Of a stretch of 64,000 nucleotides of DNA, positions 26,087 through 36,439 are shown piece by piece. Every line of letters starts with the position of its first letter. Within the stretch, counting starts at the first letter, position 1. Below the pieces are notes generated by a model. That model ran no database searches, was not told where the DNA came from, and was given only the letters and a program-made list of their open reading frames with translations. Location of the stretch: the NCBI GenBank assembly GCA_963674755.2, contig CAXXVS010000001.1, forward strand, positions 64,001 through 128,000, written 5' to 3'. This stretch comes from Desulfobacterales bacterium. GTDB lineage: Bacteria > Desulfobacterota > Desulfobacteria > Desulfobacterales > UBA5852. The position numbers were made by a program, and so were the translations under genes.

Positions 26087-26641
26087 TTAGCGCTTAAGGT
26101 CGATCGAAGGGTCTTCGTTCAATAACCGAATGCCTAAATACAGGTAGTGCAGCCCGGAGGCCAGGCTTAAGCCTGTGGTCAGCCAGAACAAGGGCACCAG
26201 CGCGGAGTGGACGGCGGTGATTTCCCGCGCCAGGAGGACCGCCAGAACGGTCGCCAATTGGGCCGCGGTGGTGCATTTGCTGACCATGCTGGGCTTGACG
26301 GTGACGGCGATATTGAAATAGCGCAGGATGGCAATGCCGGTGAGGATCAGGATATCGCGGCTGATGACCACCACGGCCAGCCAGCTGGGAATGGTCTGCT
26401 GCACGGCCAGGGCCACGAAGGCCGATATCAGCAGAAGCTTGTCGGCAATGGGGTCGAGGTGGGCCCCCAGGACGGTTTTCTGGTTGAACCAGCGGGCAAA
26501 AAGCCCGTCCAGCCCGTCACTGACACCGGCCAGAAAGAACATCAGGAGCGCCAGCCGGTAATGCCCCTTGATCATAAAGATCACGAACAGCGGCGTGATC
26601 AGGATTCTGAAAAGCGTCAGCAGATTGGGGATGTTGATCAT
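26087..26641 (-). CDS. CDP-alcohol phosphatidyltransferase (PgsA/cardiolipin-synthase-like)
   Basis: NIPNLLTLFR, SDGLDG..AR......LGAHLDPIADK. Confidence 0.9.
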   Translation of the reverse strand: MINIPNLLTLFRILITPLFVIFMIKGHYRLALLMFFLAGVSDGLDGLFARWFNQKTVLGAHLDPIADKLLLISAFVALAVQQTIPSWLAVVVISRDILILTGIAILRYFNIAVTVKPSMVSKCTTAAQLATVLAVLLAREITAVHSALVPLFWLTTGLSLASGLHYLYLGIRLLNEDPSIDLKR

Positions 26642-26659
26642 GGCGCCGCAGGGCCGCCG

Positions 26660-27376
26660 TCAGGGTTGTTCTTGCGGCTGCGGCGTTTCGGCCGGCGCCA
26701 GGTCGATGCGGAACGTGTTCTCGGATTCTTGGAAGACCCTAACGGTATACCCTTCGTGGGGTTCGCGCAGCAGGGCTTCGGCAAAGGCACTCGCTGTGCC
26801 GCGGTATTTCACGTCCAAGGTGGTTTGGTTGGGCAGCATCTCGCTGATTTGAGCGCTTTCAACACCGGCCATCTTGTTCAGCGCGCTACGGAAGAGCACA
26901 AAGCCGGAAAGATTGTCGGATCCGACGACGACGAGGGAGAGCTGGACAAGGGGCCGGGCATCGGCGGTCAGAATGCCCGCCTGGCGCAGCCGTTCCTGAA
27001 TCATGCGGGCCGAAACCTTGGCCTGCACCAATACCCGAAAACGGTTGCCATCCTGACGTTCGCCCAGCAGCTTGTAATACTGGATGAATTTATCGGCCTG
27101 GTTGTAGATCACCGTGTCGATGGCCGCAAACTGCTGGATCAGGACGTCGAGGGGCAGGATCTCAGCCGTCATCTGTTCCACCGCGATGCGCTTGCCGTCG
27201 GCAATGGCGTTATCCTTGGCGGCGTTGAGGCCCGCCTTGGGAATGTTACTGGAGCCGACCACGAGAAATGTTTTGGATTCGGGGGCGGGAGATTGAGCGA
27301 CGGCCGGATTTCCCGTAACGAGGAGCAACAGGACAACGCTGATTCCCAGACTTATGCTGCGCGGTAAGGACGCCAT
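26660..27376 (-). CDS. Secreted hypothetical protein (FlgT-N/LPP20-like N-terminal region)
   Basis: Signal peptide; AAKDNAIADGKRIAVEQ pattern. Confidence 0.6.
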   Translation of the reverse strand: MASLPRSISLGISVVLLLLVTGNPAVAQSPAPESKTFLVVGSSNIPKAGLNAAKDNAIADGKRIAVEQMTAEILPLDVLIQQFAAIDTVIYNQADKFIQYYKLLGERQDGNRFRVLVQAKVSARMIQERLRQAGILTADARPLVQLSLVVVGSDNLSGFVLFRSALNKMAGVESAQISEMLPNQTTLDVKYRGTASAFAEALLREPHEGYTVRVFQESENTFRIDLAPAETPQPQEQP

Positions 27377-27419
27377 GCGTTAGAAACCTCATTCATTTTG
27401 GGGTGATAGGCCCTCTTCA

Positions 27420-28400
27420 TCAGGCCCGACGTTGAAGGGTGAAGTCCGCCAGATCATTTAAAATCGCCGTTGTTTCCGACGGCTTGAAATGCGCTAAAGC
27501 CTCTTTGGCGATGTGAACATGCTCACGCGCCTTATTGCGGGTGTATTCCATCCCGCCGTAGCGTTCCAGCAGCCCTTTCAATTCCTCGAATTCGTCCATG
27601 GTAAACTGCGGATTGGCGATGATCGCGCCCATGCGCGCCCGGTCCTGGTCGGCGGCGGCATCGAGGGCCGCGATGACCGGCAGGGTGAGTTTGCCTTCCC
27701 GGAGGTCCGCACCGGCCTTTTTCCCCAAGGCCCGGGTGTCGGAGGTATAATCGATAAGGTCGTCGGCCATTTGAAAGGCGATGCCGAGATTGGCCCCATA
27801 ACAGGAGAGGGCTTCGATCTGCTCTCCGGAGGCATCGGCCAGCAAGGCGGCGGAGCGGCAGGCGCCTTCAAAGAGGACAGCGGTTTTGCGCCAGATGACC
27901 TCCCGGTACTCCGCTTCGTTCAGCGAGAGATCCCCTTTGCGGCTCAGTTGATGAATTTCGCCTTGGGACATGTTTTCGGTGATGGCGGAAACCACCTTGA
28001 TGATCTCGATGTTGCCGGTGCCGGCCGCGATGGAGAGAGCCCGGGCCAGGAGAAAATCCCCCACCAGAATGGTGGTGGCGTTGCCCCAGATGGAATGTGC
28101 CACCGGACGGCCGCGCCGCAGTTCGGCCTCGTCGATCAGGTCGTCATGCAGCAATGTTGCGGCATGCAGATATTCCAGCGAAATGGAAAAGGTCTTGTCG
28201 TAGCTGCCCTGGTAATCGCACATGCGGGCGGCCAGGACCAGCAGGAGCGGCCGCAGACGTTTGCCGCCGCTGAATAGGATGTGGCCGGCCACCTCGCGCA
28301 CGAGATCCAGATGGGGATTGAGGTGGTGCTCCAGTTCGGCCTCGATGGCAGTCAGGTCGTCGGCCACCAGGGCGAGGATGCGGGTTTTGAGATCAGTCAT
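27420..28400 (-). CDS. ispB: Polyprenyl diphosphate synthase (IspB-like)
   Basis: GGKRLRP, LLHDDLID..LRRG, FQMADDLID, DLREGKLTLP. Confidence 0.85.
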   Translation of the reverse strand: MTDLKTRILALVADDLTAIEAELEHHLNPHLDLVREVAGHILFSGGKRLRPLLLVLAARMCDYQGSYDKTFSISLEYLHAATLLHDDLIDEAELRRGRPVAHSIWGNATTILVGDFLLARALSIAAGTGNIEIIKVVSAITENMSQGEIHQLSRKGDLSLNEAEYREVIWRKTAVLFEGACRSAALLADASGEQIEALSCYGANLGIAFQMADDLIDYTSDTRALGKKAGADLREGKLTLPVIAALDAAADQDRARMGAIIANPQFTMDEFEELKGLLERYGGMEYTRNKAREHVHIAKEALAHFKPSETTAILNDLADFTLQRRA

Positions 28401-29734
28401 GCCGGCTCTCCAACCAGATCATATTCCAGCGTATCGACAATCCGGGCCTTGACAAATTGGCCGATATGCAGCCCGGGCTGGGGGCCAGGGGTGCGGACAT
28501 AGGTCAGACCGTCGACTTCAGGGGCCTGGAACATGGTCCGCCCGATGAACAGCCCCTCTTCCGGCGCTTCTTCCAGCAGGACCTCACAAGTGGTCTGGAG
28601 GTACCTTTCCTGCCGCTCTTCTGAAATGCGCCGCTGCTGCTCCATGAGGATATCCCTGCGCTGCTGCGCTAATTCCTGCGGAACGTGGTCCGGGAGCCGG
28701 TGGGAGGCCAAGTCCTCGGCATCCGAGTAAGTGAACACGCCTAAATGATCAAAGGGCACGGTCCGGATAAAGGTTTGCAGCTGATCGAAATCCCGGTCGG
28801 TCTCCCCGGGGAAACCGACGATCACCGTTGTGCGCACGGCCGCCTCCGGCATAAGCTGACGAATGCGTTGGACCTGCCCGGCAATGCGGGCGGGATCATA
28901 GGGGCGGCCCATGCGCCGCAGCAGTTCGGAGCTGACGTGCTGAATCGGAATGTCGAAATAAGAGCATAGATTCGGATGGGACGCAACGGTTTGTAGGATC
29001 GTCTCATCCAGACTTTCCGGGTGGCCGTACATAAAGCGGATCCAGATCTTGTCCTCGAGTCGGCTGAGTTCCGCCAGGAGGTCGGCCAGGGTGGGACTCC
29101 CCGGAGGTTGATCGTGCCCATAGCGGGTGGTTTCCTGCCCCACGAGAACCAGCTCTTTGATCCCGGCCCGGACCAGGGCGTGGGCTTCCTGCAGGATATC
29201 CGTCAGGGGGCGGCTTTTCTGGCGTCCCCGCAGCTTGGGTATAATGCAGAAGGTGCAGTGCCGGTCGCAGCCTTCGGTGATTTTCAAGTAGGCCATGGGG
29301 CCGCCTGCCAGGGTGCGGGGTGTGGCGGCGGTTTGGGGCGCCAGGGCATCCGGATCCGGCAGCAGACAGGCGGTGGCCGAGGCGATGGGCCGCGCCTCGA
29401 TCGCCTCGATAACCCGGTCGTAGGCGCCGGTCCCCAGGAAAAAATCGACTTCCGGCAGGGCCTCTCGGATGGGCTCCCGGTAGCGTTCGGGCAGACACCC
29501 GGCCACGATGAGCCGCCGGCAGCGCCCCTCTTTTTTGTAGGCTGCCGCTTGCAGGATGGTATCGATGGACTCCTCGGCCGCCTCTTCGATGAAACAGCAG
29601 GTGTTGATGATGATGGCTTCCGCCTGACCGGGATCCTCGACCATGACATGACCGGCCTGCGCCAGTCGCCCGGTCATGACTTCACTGTCCACCTGGTTGC
29701 GGGCGCATCCTAAATTGATCAGGTGAATTTGCAT
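28397..29734 (-). CDS. rimO: Ribosomal protein S12 methylthiotransferase
   Basis: LGCARNQVDSE, NTCCFI, CDRHCTFC radical SAM motif, APEVDG TRAM domain. Confidence 0.92.
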   Translation of the reverse strand: MQIHLINLGCARNQVDSEVMTGRLAQAGHVMVEDPGQAEAIIINTCCFIEEAAEESIDTILQAAAYKKEGRCRRLIVAGCLPERYREPIREALPEVDFFLGTGAYDRVIEAIEARPIASATACLLPDPDALAPQTAATPRTLAGGPMAYLKITEGCDRHCTFCIIPKLRGRQKSRPLTDILQEAHALVRAGIKELVLVGQETTRYGHDQPPGSPTLADLLAELSRLEDKIWIRFMYGHPESLDETILQTVASHPNLCSYFDIPIQHVSSELLRRMGRPYDPARIAGQVQRIRQLMPEAAVRTTVIVGFPGETDRDFDQLQTFIRTVPFDHLGVFTYSDAEDLASHRLPDHVPQELAQQRRDILMEQQRRISEERQERYLQTTCEVLLEEAPEEGLFIGRTMFQAPEVDGLTYVRTPGPQPGLHIGQFVKARIVDTLEYDLVGEPA

Positions 29735-29783
29735 CCGAATCCTTGATTAGCCAAAGCAGCCGGTCATATTCACGGGTTGCCGT

Positions 29784-30878
29784 TTATTCGACGGTTTGAA
29801 ATCCCTGTGAAGCGCTGTCATGCAGACGATTCTGGTCGTCACGGGTAATAATCAGACACTCCACCCCCGGCAGGCGGTTGACAAGCGCGATGCCGGCCGG
29901 GGCGCCCATGACCTCGATAGCGGTGGCCAGACCGTCGGCCAGGGCGCAGGTCGCGGCGGTCACCGAAACGCTGACCACGCCGTTGGACACCGGATAGCCG
30001 GTGCGCGGATCGATGATGTGGGCATAGCGCCGGCCGTCGATCTCGAAATAATTGCGGTAATCGCCGCTGGTGGCAAAGGCCCGATCCTGCAATTGTACGA
30101 CCCGGTAGACCTGATCAAACGGCGCCTCCGGATCGGGTTTGTTGATCCCGACGCGCCAGGGCTGGCCGTCGGGGCGGAGGCCGGCGGCATAGACTTCGCC
30201 GCCGATTTCCACCAGATAATCGGTAAAGCCGCGCTCCCGGATTAAAGCGGCAATGGCATCCACCCCGTAGCCTTTGGCGACCGAGGCCAGATCCAATGAT
30301 ACGGACGGGTGCGCTTTGCTCAACCGGCCCTCGGCATCCATAGCGATTTGCTGGAAGCCGACCCGGGGGAGCAGGGCCTGAATCGCTTGTGCCGACGGCA
30401 CCCGGTCCTCAGGCCGCTTGGTCCGGCCAAAGCCCCACAGGTCGATGAGCGGGTCGAGGGTGCCGTCCCAGGCGCCGTCCGTTATGTGAAAGAGTTCCTT
30501 GGAAACCTTCATGACGGCCTGGAAATCCTCACTGACCGGGAAAGGGGTATCGGCACCCTGCAACCGGTTGAAGCGGCTGATTTCGCTGTCCGGCTGGAAG
30601 GTGGACATGCTGGCATTGATGGCGGCCAGGCGTTCGTCGATGGCCTTTTGGAGGGGCGCTACAGCGCTAAAATAGCTCCCGACCACGGTGACATGATAGG
30701 TGGTCCCCATGGTTTTGCCGGCCAGCTTGATCTCGCGGTTGCCGCTGCAGCCCGCCACAAGAAGCAGCAGCACCAGCCCCAGGCTTTTCCAGCCGGGTGC
30801 CCATGGGGTCCGAAACGTTTGGGCATCGATCTTGTTCGGAGAGGGGAAGCAATGCATCATGGATTTTCCGATAGACAT
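29784..30878 (-). CDS. apbE: FAD:protein FMN transferase ApbE (lipoprotein; start uncertain)
   Basis: Lipobox LVAGC, TMGT, DSEISRFN, AKGYGVD, ATSGDYR, HIIDP. Confidence 0.9.
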   Translation of the reverse strand: MSIGKSMMHCFPSPNKIDAQTFRTPWAPGWKSLGLVLLLLVAGCSGNREIKLAGKTMGTTYHVTVVGSYFSAVAPLQKAIDERLAAINASMSTFQPDSEISRFNRLQGADTPFPVSEDFQAVMKVSKELFHITDGAWDGTLDPLIDLWGFGRTKRPEDRVPSAQAIQALLPRVGFQQIAMDAEGRLSKAHPSVSLDLASVAKGYGVDAIAALIRERGFTDYLVEIGGEVYAAGLRPDGQPWRVGINKPDPEAPFDQVYRVVQLQDRAFATSGDYRNYFEIDGRRYAHIIDPRTGYPVSNGVVSVSVTAATCALADGLATAIEVMGAPAGIALVNRLPGVECLIITRDDQNRLHDSASQGFQTVE

Positions 30879-30920
30879 ACGAAGGCGGAGCGCCGGAGGA
30901 TCCCGCCGGTTTTCTATTCC

Positions 30921-31934
30921 TCAACAAATGCGCGGCAGCTGCTCGCCGGTGAGCATATCCACAATCCGGCGGCCGCCGATACGGGTTTCCAGCACCACTC
31001 GTCCCGGGTGGTCGGCCGTGACCTCGCCGATAAAGCAGGCCTCCCGGCCGAAGGCATCCGATTGAATCGCTTTTAAAACCGCGTCCGCGTCGTGGGCCGC
31101 CACAAAGGCCAGCAGCTTGCCTTCGTTGGCCACATAGAGGGGATCGAAGCCCAGCAATTCGCAGACCCCGGCTACGGCCGGACGAATGGGGAGCGTATTC
31201 TCCTGAAGGACGATGCCGATGCGGGAACTCTCGGCGATTTCATTCAAGGTCGTGCCCACCCCGCCCCGGGTGGGGTCCCGCAGGACGTGCACGTTGTTGC
31301 TGGCGGTGAGGATTTTGGCCACCATGCCGTTCAGGGGCGCCGAATCGCTTTGCAGGTCACTCTCAAAGGTCAGGCCCTCCCGCTGGGTCAGAATGGTCAT
31401 GCCGTGATCGGCCATGGTGCCGCTGAGGATGATCTTATCGCCGGGCTGGGCAGCAGTGCTGCCGATCGACACATTGTCGGGGATGATGCCGATGCCCGAG
31501 GTGTTGATGAACACGCCATCGGCCGCCCCCTTGGGCACCACTTTGGTATCGCCGGTCACCACCATGACGCCGGCGGCCTCGGCCGCCCGGTGGATGCTCT
31601 GGAGGATCCGTTTCAAATCCGGCATGGGAAAGCCCTCTTCGATGATCAGGGCCAGGGAGAGATACAGGGGCGTGGCGCCGCACATGGCAACATCGTTGAC
31701 CGTTCCGTTGACGGCCAGTTCGCCGATATCCCCCCCCGGGAAGAAGAGCGGCGTCACCGTGAACGTGTCCGTCGAAAAGGCGATGCGGGTGCCGCCGTTC
31801 AAGGTCAGCACCGCGCCATCGTGCAGATCGGAGAGAACCGGGTTGTCGAAAAGGGGCAGGAGCAGCTCCGCCGTCAGGCGATGGGCAATCTTGCCGCCGC
31901 TGCCGTGGTCCAGCGTGATTACATCGGACGTCAT
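30921..31934 (-). CDS. hypE: Hydrogenase maturation protein HypE
   Basis: HGSGG, FFPGGDIG, DPTRGG, C-terminal PRIC. Confidence 0.95.
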   Translation of the reverse strand: MTSDVITLDHGSGGKIAHRLTAELLLPLFDNPVLSDLHDGAVLTLNGGTRIAFSTDTFTVTPLFFPGGDIGELAVNGTVNDVAMCGATPLYLSLALIIEEGFPMPDLKRILQSIHRAAEAAGVMVVTGDTKVVPKGAADGVFINTSGIGIIPDNVSIGSTAAQPGDKIILSGTMADHGMTILTQREGLTFESDLQSDSAPLNGMVAKILTASNNVHVLRDPTRGGVGTTLNEIAESSRIGIVLQENTLPIRPAVAGVCELLGFDPLYVANEGKLLAFVAAHDADAVLKAIQSDAFGREACFIGEVTADHPGRVVLETRIGGRRIVDMLTGEQLPRIC

Positions 31935-31953
31935 GGGGTTTCCTTTGTCAGCG

Positions 31954-33066
31954 TCATTTTTCGGCGGCCGGGGGCGATGCGGAATCAAAGCGGTAGTAGG
32001 CTGCACAAGTGCCCTCACTGGACACCATGCAAGGGCCGATGGGATTCTCGGGGGTGCAGACCTTGCGAAAGAGCCGGCACTCGGGCGGGGTTTTGGCCCC
32101 GATCAGGATGTTGCCGCAGTCGCAGCCGGGGGGCTCTTTCGACGGGGGAACCTGGATCGGGATTTGGACGGCGGCATCGTAGGCGGCATAGGCCGGACGG
32201 ATGCGCAGCCCGCTCCCGGGAATGATCCCGATGCCGCGAAAGGCGGCGTCAACAGGCTCGAAGACCTGTTCCATGATGGCCCGGGCCTTGGGATTGCCGT
32301 CTTCGCCCACGGCCCGGCGATAGGCATTGTCCAGCTGGGGCCGGCCGCTTTCGATCTGGGCCACCAGCCGGCGTATGGCTTCCAGAATGTCGGCCGGCTC
32401 GAAACCGGCCACCACGCAAGGCACCTGGTAGCGGTCGAAAAAGGGTCGGTAGGCCTGAAGACCCAGGATGACCGATACATGGCCCGGCAGAAGAAACCCG
32501 TTGATCTGGACCCGGTCGTTGTCCATCAAGGCCTGCAGGGCCGGGGGGACGGTCTTGTGGGCGCTGGCCACCAGAAAATTGGGTACGTGCATGTCCCGGG
32601 CGGCCAGGATGGACGCGGCAATGGTGGGGGCGGTGGTTTCAAAGCCCACCCCGAGGAAGACCACCCGCCGGTCCGGATTGGCCTGGGCGATTTTAAGGGC
32701 GTCAAAAGCCGAATAGACGATACGGATGTCACGGCCGGCGGCTTTTTCTTTCCGCAGACTGGAATCGGTACCGGGGACACGCATCAAATCGCCGAAGGTG
32801 GTGACAATGGTGCCTTCCTCCCGGGCATAGGCGATAAAGGCATCGATTTCGGGCTGGGCCGTGACACAGACCGGGCATCCGGGACCGGAGAGCAGCCGGA
32901 TGGTTTCCGGCAGCACATCGCGTATGCCGTGGCGGAAGATGGACATGGTATGGGTGCCGCAGACCTCCATCAGATGGACCGGCCGGGAGCTCATTTGGCG
33001 AATGGCTTCGATCAAAGGGCGGGACAGGTCCGGATCCCGGTATTCATCCTGATGGTGGAGCGGCAT
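31954..33066 (-). CDS. hypD: Hydrogenase maturation protein HypD
   Basis: MEVCGTHT, GPGCPVC, GFETT, PGHVS, CMVSSEG. Confidence 0.95.
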   Translation of the reverse strand: MPLHHQDEYRDPDLSRPLIEAIRQMSSRPVHLMEVCGTHTMSIFRHGIRDVLPETIRLLSGPGCPVCVTAQPEIDAFIAYAREEGTIVTTFGDLMRVPGTDSSLRKEKAAGRDIRIVYSAFDALKIAQANPDRRVVFLGVGFETTAPTIAASILAARDMHVPNFLVASAHKTVPPALQALMDNDRVQINGFLLPGHVSVILGLQAYRPFFDRYQVPCVVAGFEPADILEAIRRLVAQIESGRPQLDNAYRRAVGEDGNPKARAIMEQVFEPVDAAFRGIGIIPGSGLRIRPAYAAYDAAVQIPIQVPPSKEPPGCDCGNILIGAKTPPECRLFRKVCTPENPIGPCMVSSEGTCAAYYRFDSASPPAAEK

Positions 33067-33154
33067 GGCGCATCATTCCCGTGCAAGCTTTGATGGTTTT
33101 AAAATCCGCTAGTTATAAACAAAATGGAGATATCCGACAAGCGGTAATTTGACG

Positions 33155-35440
33155 TCAGAGCCCTGCGGCCAGCATCGCGTCGGCCGCCACGGCCTGCCCC
33201 AAAGCGATGCCGCCGTCATTGGGCGGGACCAGCCGGTGGGTATAGACCCTGAAACCAACTTCGGCCAAAGCGTGCGTCAAGTCCTCCGTCAGGATGGCGT
33301 TCTGAAAACTGCCGCCGCTCAGCACCACCTGATCCACAGCGGTCTCGCGGCCCAGAAAGATACAGAGCTCGGTGAACAGGCGCACCAGGGTCGTGTGGAA
33401 TTTCTTGCTGATCAGGGCGGCATGGGTCCCCCGCTGGAGATCGGCCACCACGCCCTGCACGATCGGGGCGGTGGGGATTTTGATGCTCTCCGAGGGCTGC
33501 CAGTCCACATCGTAGCGACCGGCGTCATGCGGGCCGGCGGCCATTTCCAGTTCCATGGCGGCCTGGCCCTCGAAGGCCACGGTATGACGCAGTCCGATCA
33601 AGGCGGCAACCCCGTCAAAAAGCCGCCCCATACTCGATGTCAGCGGGGCATTCAGCCCCTTGGCGATCATGGCGGACACGATGGCGGCCTGGTGGGGATC
33701 GATAGCCGTCGTAAATTCGATATCCAGATCCCGAAAGCCTGGACCGAAAGCTTGGATCAAATAACTGACCGCCATGCGCCAGGGGGCCTTGATCGCGGCT
33801 GCCCCGCCGGGCATGGGCAATGGTTCTAAAAAGGCGACCCGTTCGAAGCACGCTTTTTCCACCAGAAGCACTTCACCCCCCCAGATCGTGCCATCGGTGC
33901 CATAGCCGGTGCCGTCGAAGGCCAACCCGATGACCTGGCCGTCCAGATGGTTCTCCGCCATGCCGCTGACAATGTGGGCATGATGATGCTGCACGGGCAC
34001 CACCGGCAGCTCCTGCTGCCCCTGGGCATAGCGCGTGCTGAGATAGTCCGGATGCATGTCGCAGGCCACTGCCTGGGGCTGAACGTCCAGAATCTTCTCC
34101 AGGTGGGTGATGGTGTCCAGGAAGGCGTCGTAGGTGGCCAGGTTTTCCAGATCACCGATATGCTGGCTGACGAAGGCCCGGTCTTCCTTTGTCAGACAGA
34201 CGGTATTCTTGAGCTCGGCGCCGCAGGCCAGCACCGGCCGCAAGGGACTGCGCAGGAAAACGGGAGTGGGCACAAAGCCCCGGGCACGCCGGATAAACCG
34301 TGTGGTGCCGGCCGTCTTGCGGACGATGGAGTCGTCGCAGCGCAGGCGGATATCGCGGTTGTGGACCAGAAACCCATCGGCAATGCCCCCCAGACGCTCC
34401 ACCGCTTCCTGGTTGTCGATCACGATGGGCTCTTCGCTTAGGTTGGCGCTGGTCATGACCAGCGCGGTGAAATCGCCCTCCAGTATCAGGTAATGCAACG
34501 GCGCATAGGGCAGCATCACGCCGAAATAGCGGTTATGGGGGGCTACTGCCGGTGCAATTGCATGCTGGGTGCGCTTTTGCAAAAGCAGGATGGGACGCTG
34601 GGGGGACGACAGAACGGTGATTTCCTCCGCGTCGAGATGGGCGAAGTTGCGGATCCTCGCGATGTCCCGCGCCATCAGCGCAAAGGGTTTCTCTTCGCGA
34701 TGCTTGCGCCGGCGCAGGCGCTGGACCGCCGCTTCGTTGGCGGCATCTACGGCCAGATGAAAGCCGCCCAGTCCCTTGACCGCCACGATGCGGCCCTGTT
34801 GCAGCCGCGCAACCACTTCCCGGACCGGATCGGCCGTGGCTAGTGGACGGCCCCGGCGGTCGAGCAGCTGGACGTGGGGACCGCAGACCGGGCAGGCATT
34901 GGGTTGGGCATGAAAGCGCCGATTGGCCGGGTCGTCGTATTCCGCCTGGCACTGGCGGCACATGCAGAAATCCCGCATCGCGGTCTGGGGACGGTCATAG
35001 GGGATATCGTCGATGATGGTATAGCGCGGCCCGCAATTGGTGCAGTTGATGAAAGGGTAGCGGAAGCGCCGATCCCGGGGGTTACGCATTTCCGCCAGGC
35101 AGTCGTCGCAGATCGCGACATCCGGCGATATCAGCGCTGATTTGCCACTGTCCGGGCGGCTGGCCACAATCGTGAAGGAAGCGGCCTGCTCAGGGACGGC
35201 CGCGTTTGCGCTGACCTCGGTGATCTGCGCCAGGGGTGGGGCTTCGGCGGGGATGCTGGCCAGGAAGGCTTCAATGGCGGCTGGCGGGCCCTCCACGTGG
35301 ATGTCAACACCGGAGGCGGTGTTGGCTACATGGCCGCAGAGTTTGTAGCGGCCGGCCAGCTGATAGATATAGGGGCGGAAACCGACGCCCTGGACAATGC
35401 CTTTGACACGGATCTGTTGGGCGGTAAGCGATTCCGTCAT
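33155..35440 (-). CDS. hypF: Carbamoyltransferase HypF
   Basis: VQGVGFRP acylphosphatase domain, zinc fingers, QHHHAH, PPNDGGI. Confidence 0.95.
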   Translation of the reverse strand: MTESLTAQQIRVKGIVQGVGFRPYIYQLAGRYKLCGHVANTASGVDIHVEGPPAAIEAFLASIPAEAPPLAQITEVSANAAVPEQAASFTIVASRPDSGKSALISPDVAICDDCLAEMRNPRDRRFRYPFINCTNCGPRYTIIDDIPYDRPQTAMRDFCMCRQCQAEYDDPANRRFHAQPNACPVCGPHVQLLDRRGRPLATADPVREVVARLQQGRIVAVKGLGGFHLAVDAANEAAVQRLRRRKHREEKPFALMARDIARIRNFAHLDAEEITVLSSPQRPILLLQKRTQHAIAPAVAPHNRYFGVMLPYAPLHYLILEGDFTALVMTSANLSEEPIVIDNQEAVERLGGIADGFLVHNRDIRLRCDDSIVRKTAGTTRFIRRARGFVPTPVFLRSPLRPVLACGAELKNTVCLTKEDRAFVSQHIGDLENLATYDAFLDTITHLEKILDVQPQAVACDMHPDYLSTRYAQGQQELPVVPVQHHHAHIVSGMAENHLDGQVIGLAFDGTGYGTDGTIWGGEVLLVEKACFERVAFLEPLPMPGGAAAIKAPWRMAVSYLIQAFGPGFRDLDIEFTTAIDPHQAAIVSAMIAKGLNAPLTSSMGRLFDGVAALIGLRHTVAFEGQAAMELEMAAGPHDAGRYDVDWQPSESIKIPTAPIVQGVVADLQRGTHAALISKKFHTTLVRLFTELCIFLGRETAVDQVVLSGGSFQNAILTEDLTHALAEVGFRVYTHRLVPPNDGGIALGQAVAADAMLAAGL

Positions 35441-35474
35441 AGCAGCGCCATCGGGCGGGACAGGGGATTTTCCC

Positions 35475-35729
35475 TCAACCTTGGGCCGCGGTGTCCGGAT
35501 CATCCTGCTCGGCAACCAGCTGGGCCGCCTCCCTCAGGTACTGGAGGGACTCCTGGGCCGTGGCCTCGTCCATTTTCTGGATGGCGAATCCGGCATGCAC
35601 GATGACCCACTCGCCCACCTGCGGGTCTTCGAGCAACAGCAGACTGGCTTCGCGCCGTACGCCGGCCACATCGATAACCCCCATCTGGTCGTTGATGGCG
35701 ACGATCTTGGATGGAATGGCAAGGCACAT
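35475..35729 (-). CDS. hypC: Hydrogenase chaperone HypC
   Basis: MCLAIP, VIVHAGFAI. Confidence 0.93.
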   Translation of the reverse strand: MCLAIPSKIVAINDQMGVIDVAGVRREASLLLLEDPQVGEWVIVHAGFAIQKMDEATAQESLQYLREAAQLVAEQDDPDTAAQG

Positions 35730-35731
35730 GG

Positions 35732-36244
35732 TCATGCGCTCCTTTTCTGACAGGTGACGCCCAGCATATCCAGCTCCTGGATGACCTGCGCCATCATATC
35801 GTCCACCCGGGCGGCTACGGTCGGTGTCAGGTCCACGCTGTGGGTGGTGATATCTTCCGGCTCCACACCCAGCACCACGGTGGTCTGAGGCACTTTGTCG
35901 ATGGCCTGGCATAAGGTCAAGGTTTCCAGGAAATCGGTTTGGTGTAGGGAGTTCTTCAGGAGGATGCGCTCGGGGAGTTCCTCTTTCTCGAGGCGATACA
36001 GCGTACCGGGGGGTTGCTTGTTCTTAACGGCATCCACCACGATAAGGTGCTGGGCGTCTGCGATAACGCCTAAAAGATGAATCCCCAGGACCCCGCCGTC
36101 AACAAGGGCAACGTGGTCCGGGAAATCGTATTCCTGGTAGAGCTTTTCAATCACCCGCACACCGAAACCTTCATCGCTTAGCAAGATGTTTCCGATGCCC
36201 AGGACGGTGATCTTGGGTTGGGGCGTTTGGTCATCCGTCATCAA
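35732..36244 (-). CDS. Hydrogenase maturation protease (HyaD/HybD family)
   Basis: GIGNILLSDEGFG, VDGG, VVDAV, SLHQ. Confidence 0.92.
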   Translation of the reverse strand: MMTDDQTPQPKITVLGIGNILLSDEGFGVRVIEKLYQEYDFPDHVALVDGGVLGIHLLGVIADAQHLIVVDAVKNKQPPGTLYRLEKEELPERILLKNSLHQTDFLETLTLCQAIDKVPQTTVVLGVEPEDITTHSVDLTPTVAARVDDMMAQVIQELDMLGVTCQKRSA

Positions 36245-36398
36245 TTGTCTTCCTTTGGCAAACCCATATCCGGGACCCTATAGTATGGTTTAACGTGTCA
36301 TGCAAGCCATGGATGGGTCTGGTGCTTTGTTGGCGGTGGGTATCCATTGCAGGGGGGATAAGCAATCTAGCGGCAGCCGGCTGGTCCCTAAAAAGAGA

Positions 36399-36427
36399 CA
36401 GCCGCTCCGCATATGGCGGAGCGGCTG
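36399..36427 (-). terminator. Hairpin terminator after the hydrogenase large subunit
   Basis: CAGCCGCTCCGC/GCGGAGCGGCTG followed by TCTCTTTTT on the minus strand. Confidence 0.7.
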
Positions 36428-36439
36428 AAGGATACATGA

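Noticed and set aside
31414..33093. Long antisense or shadow ORFs (e.g. 559 aa here, 49054-50286, 59393-60631, 40168-40350)
   Set aside because: They overlap well-supported genes or tRNAs on the other strand; typical high-GC artefacts.
30921..36244. Missing hypA/hypB as a defective maturation system
   Set aside because: These genes are often encoded elsewhere; cannot be judged from this window.
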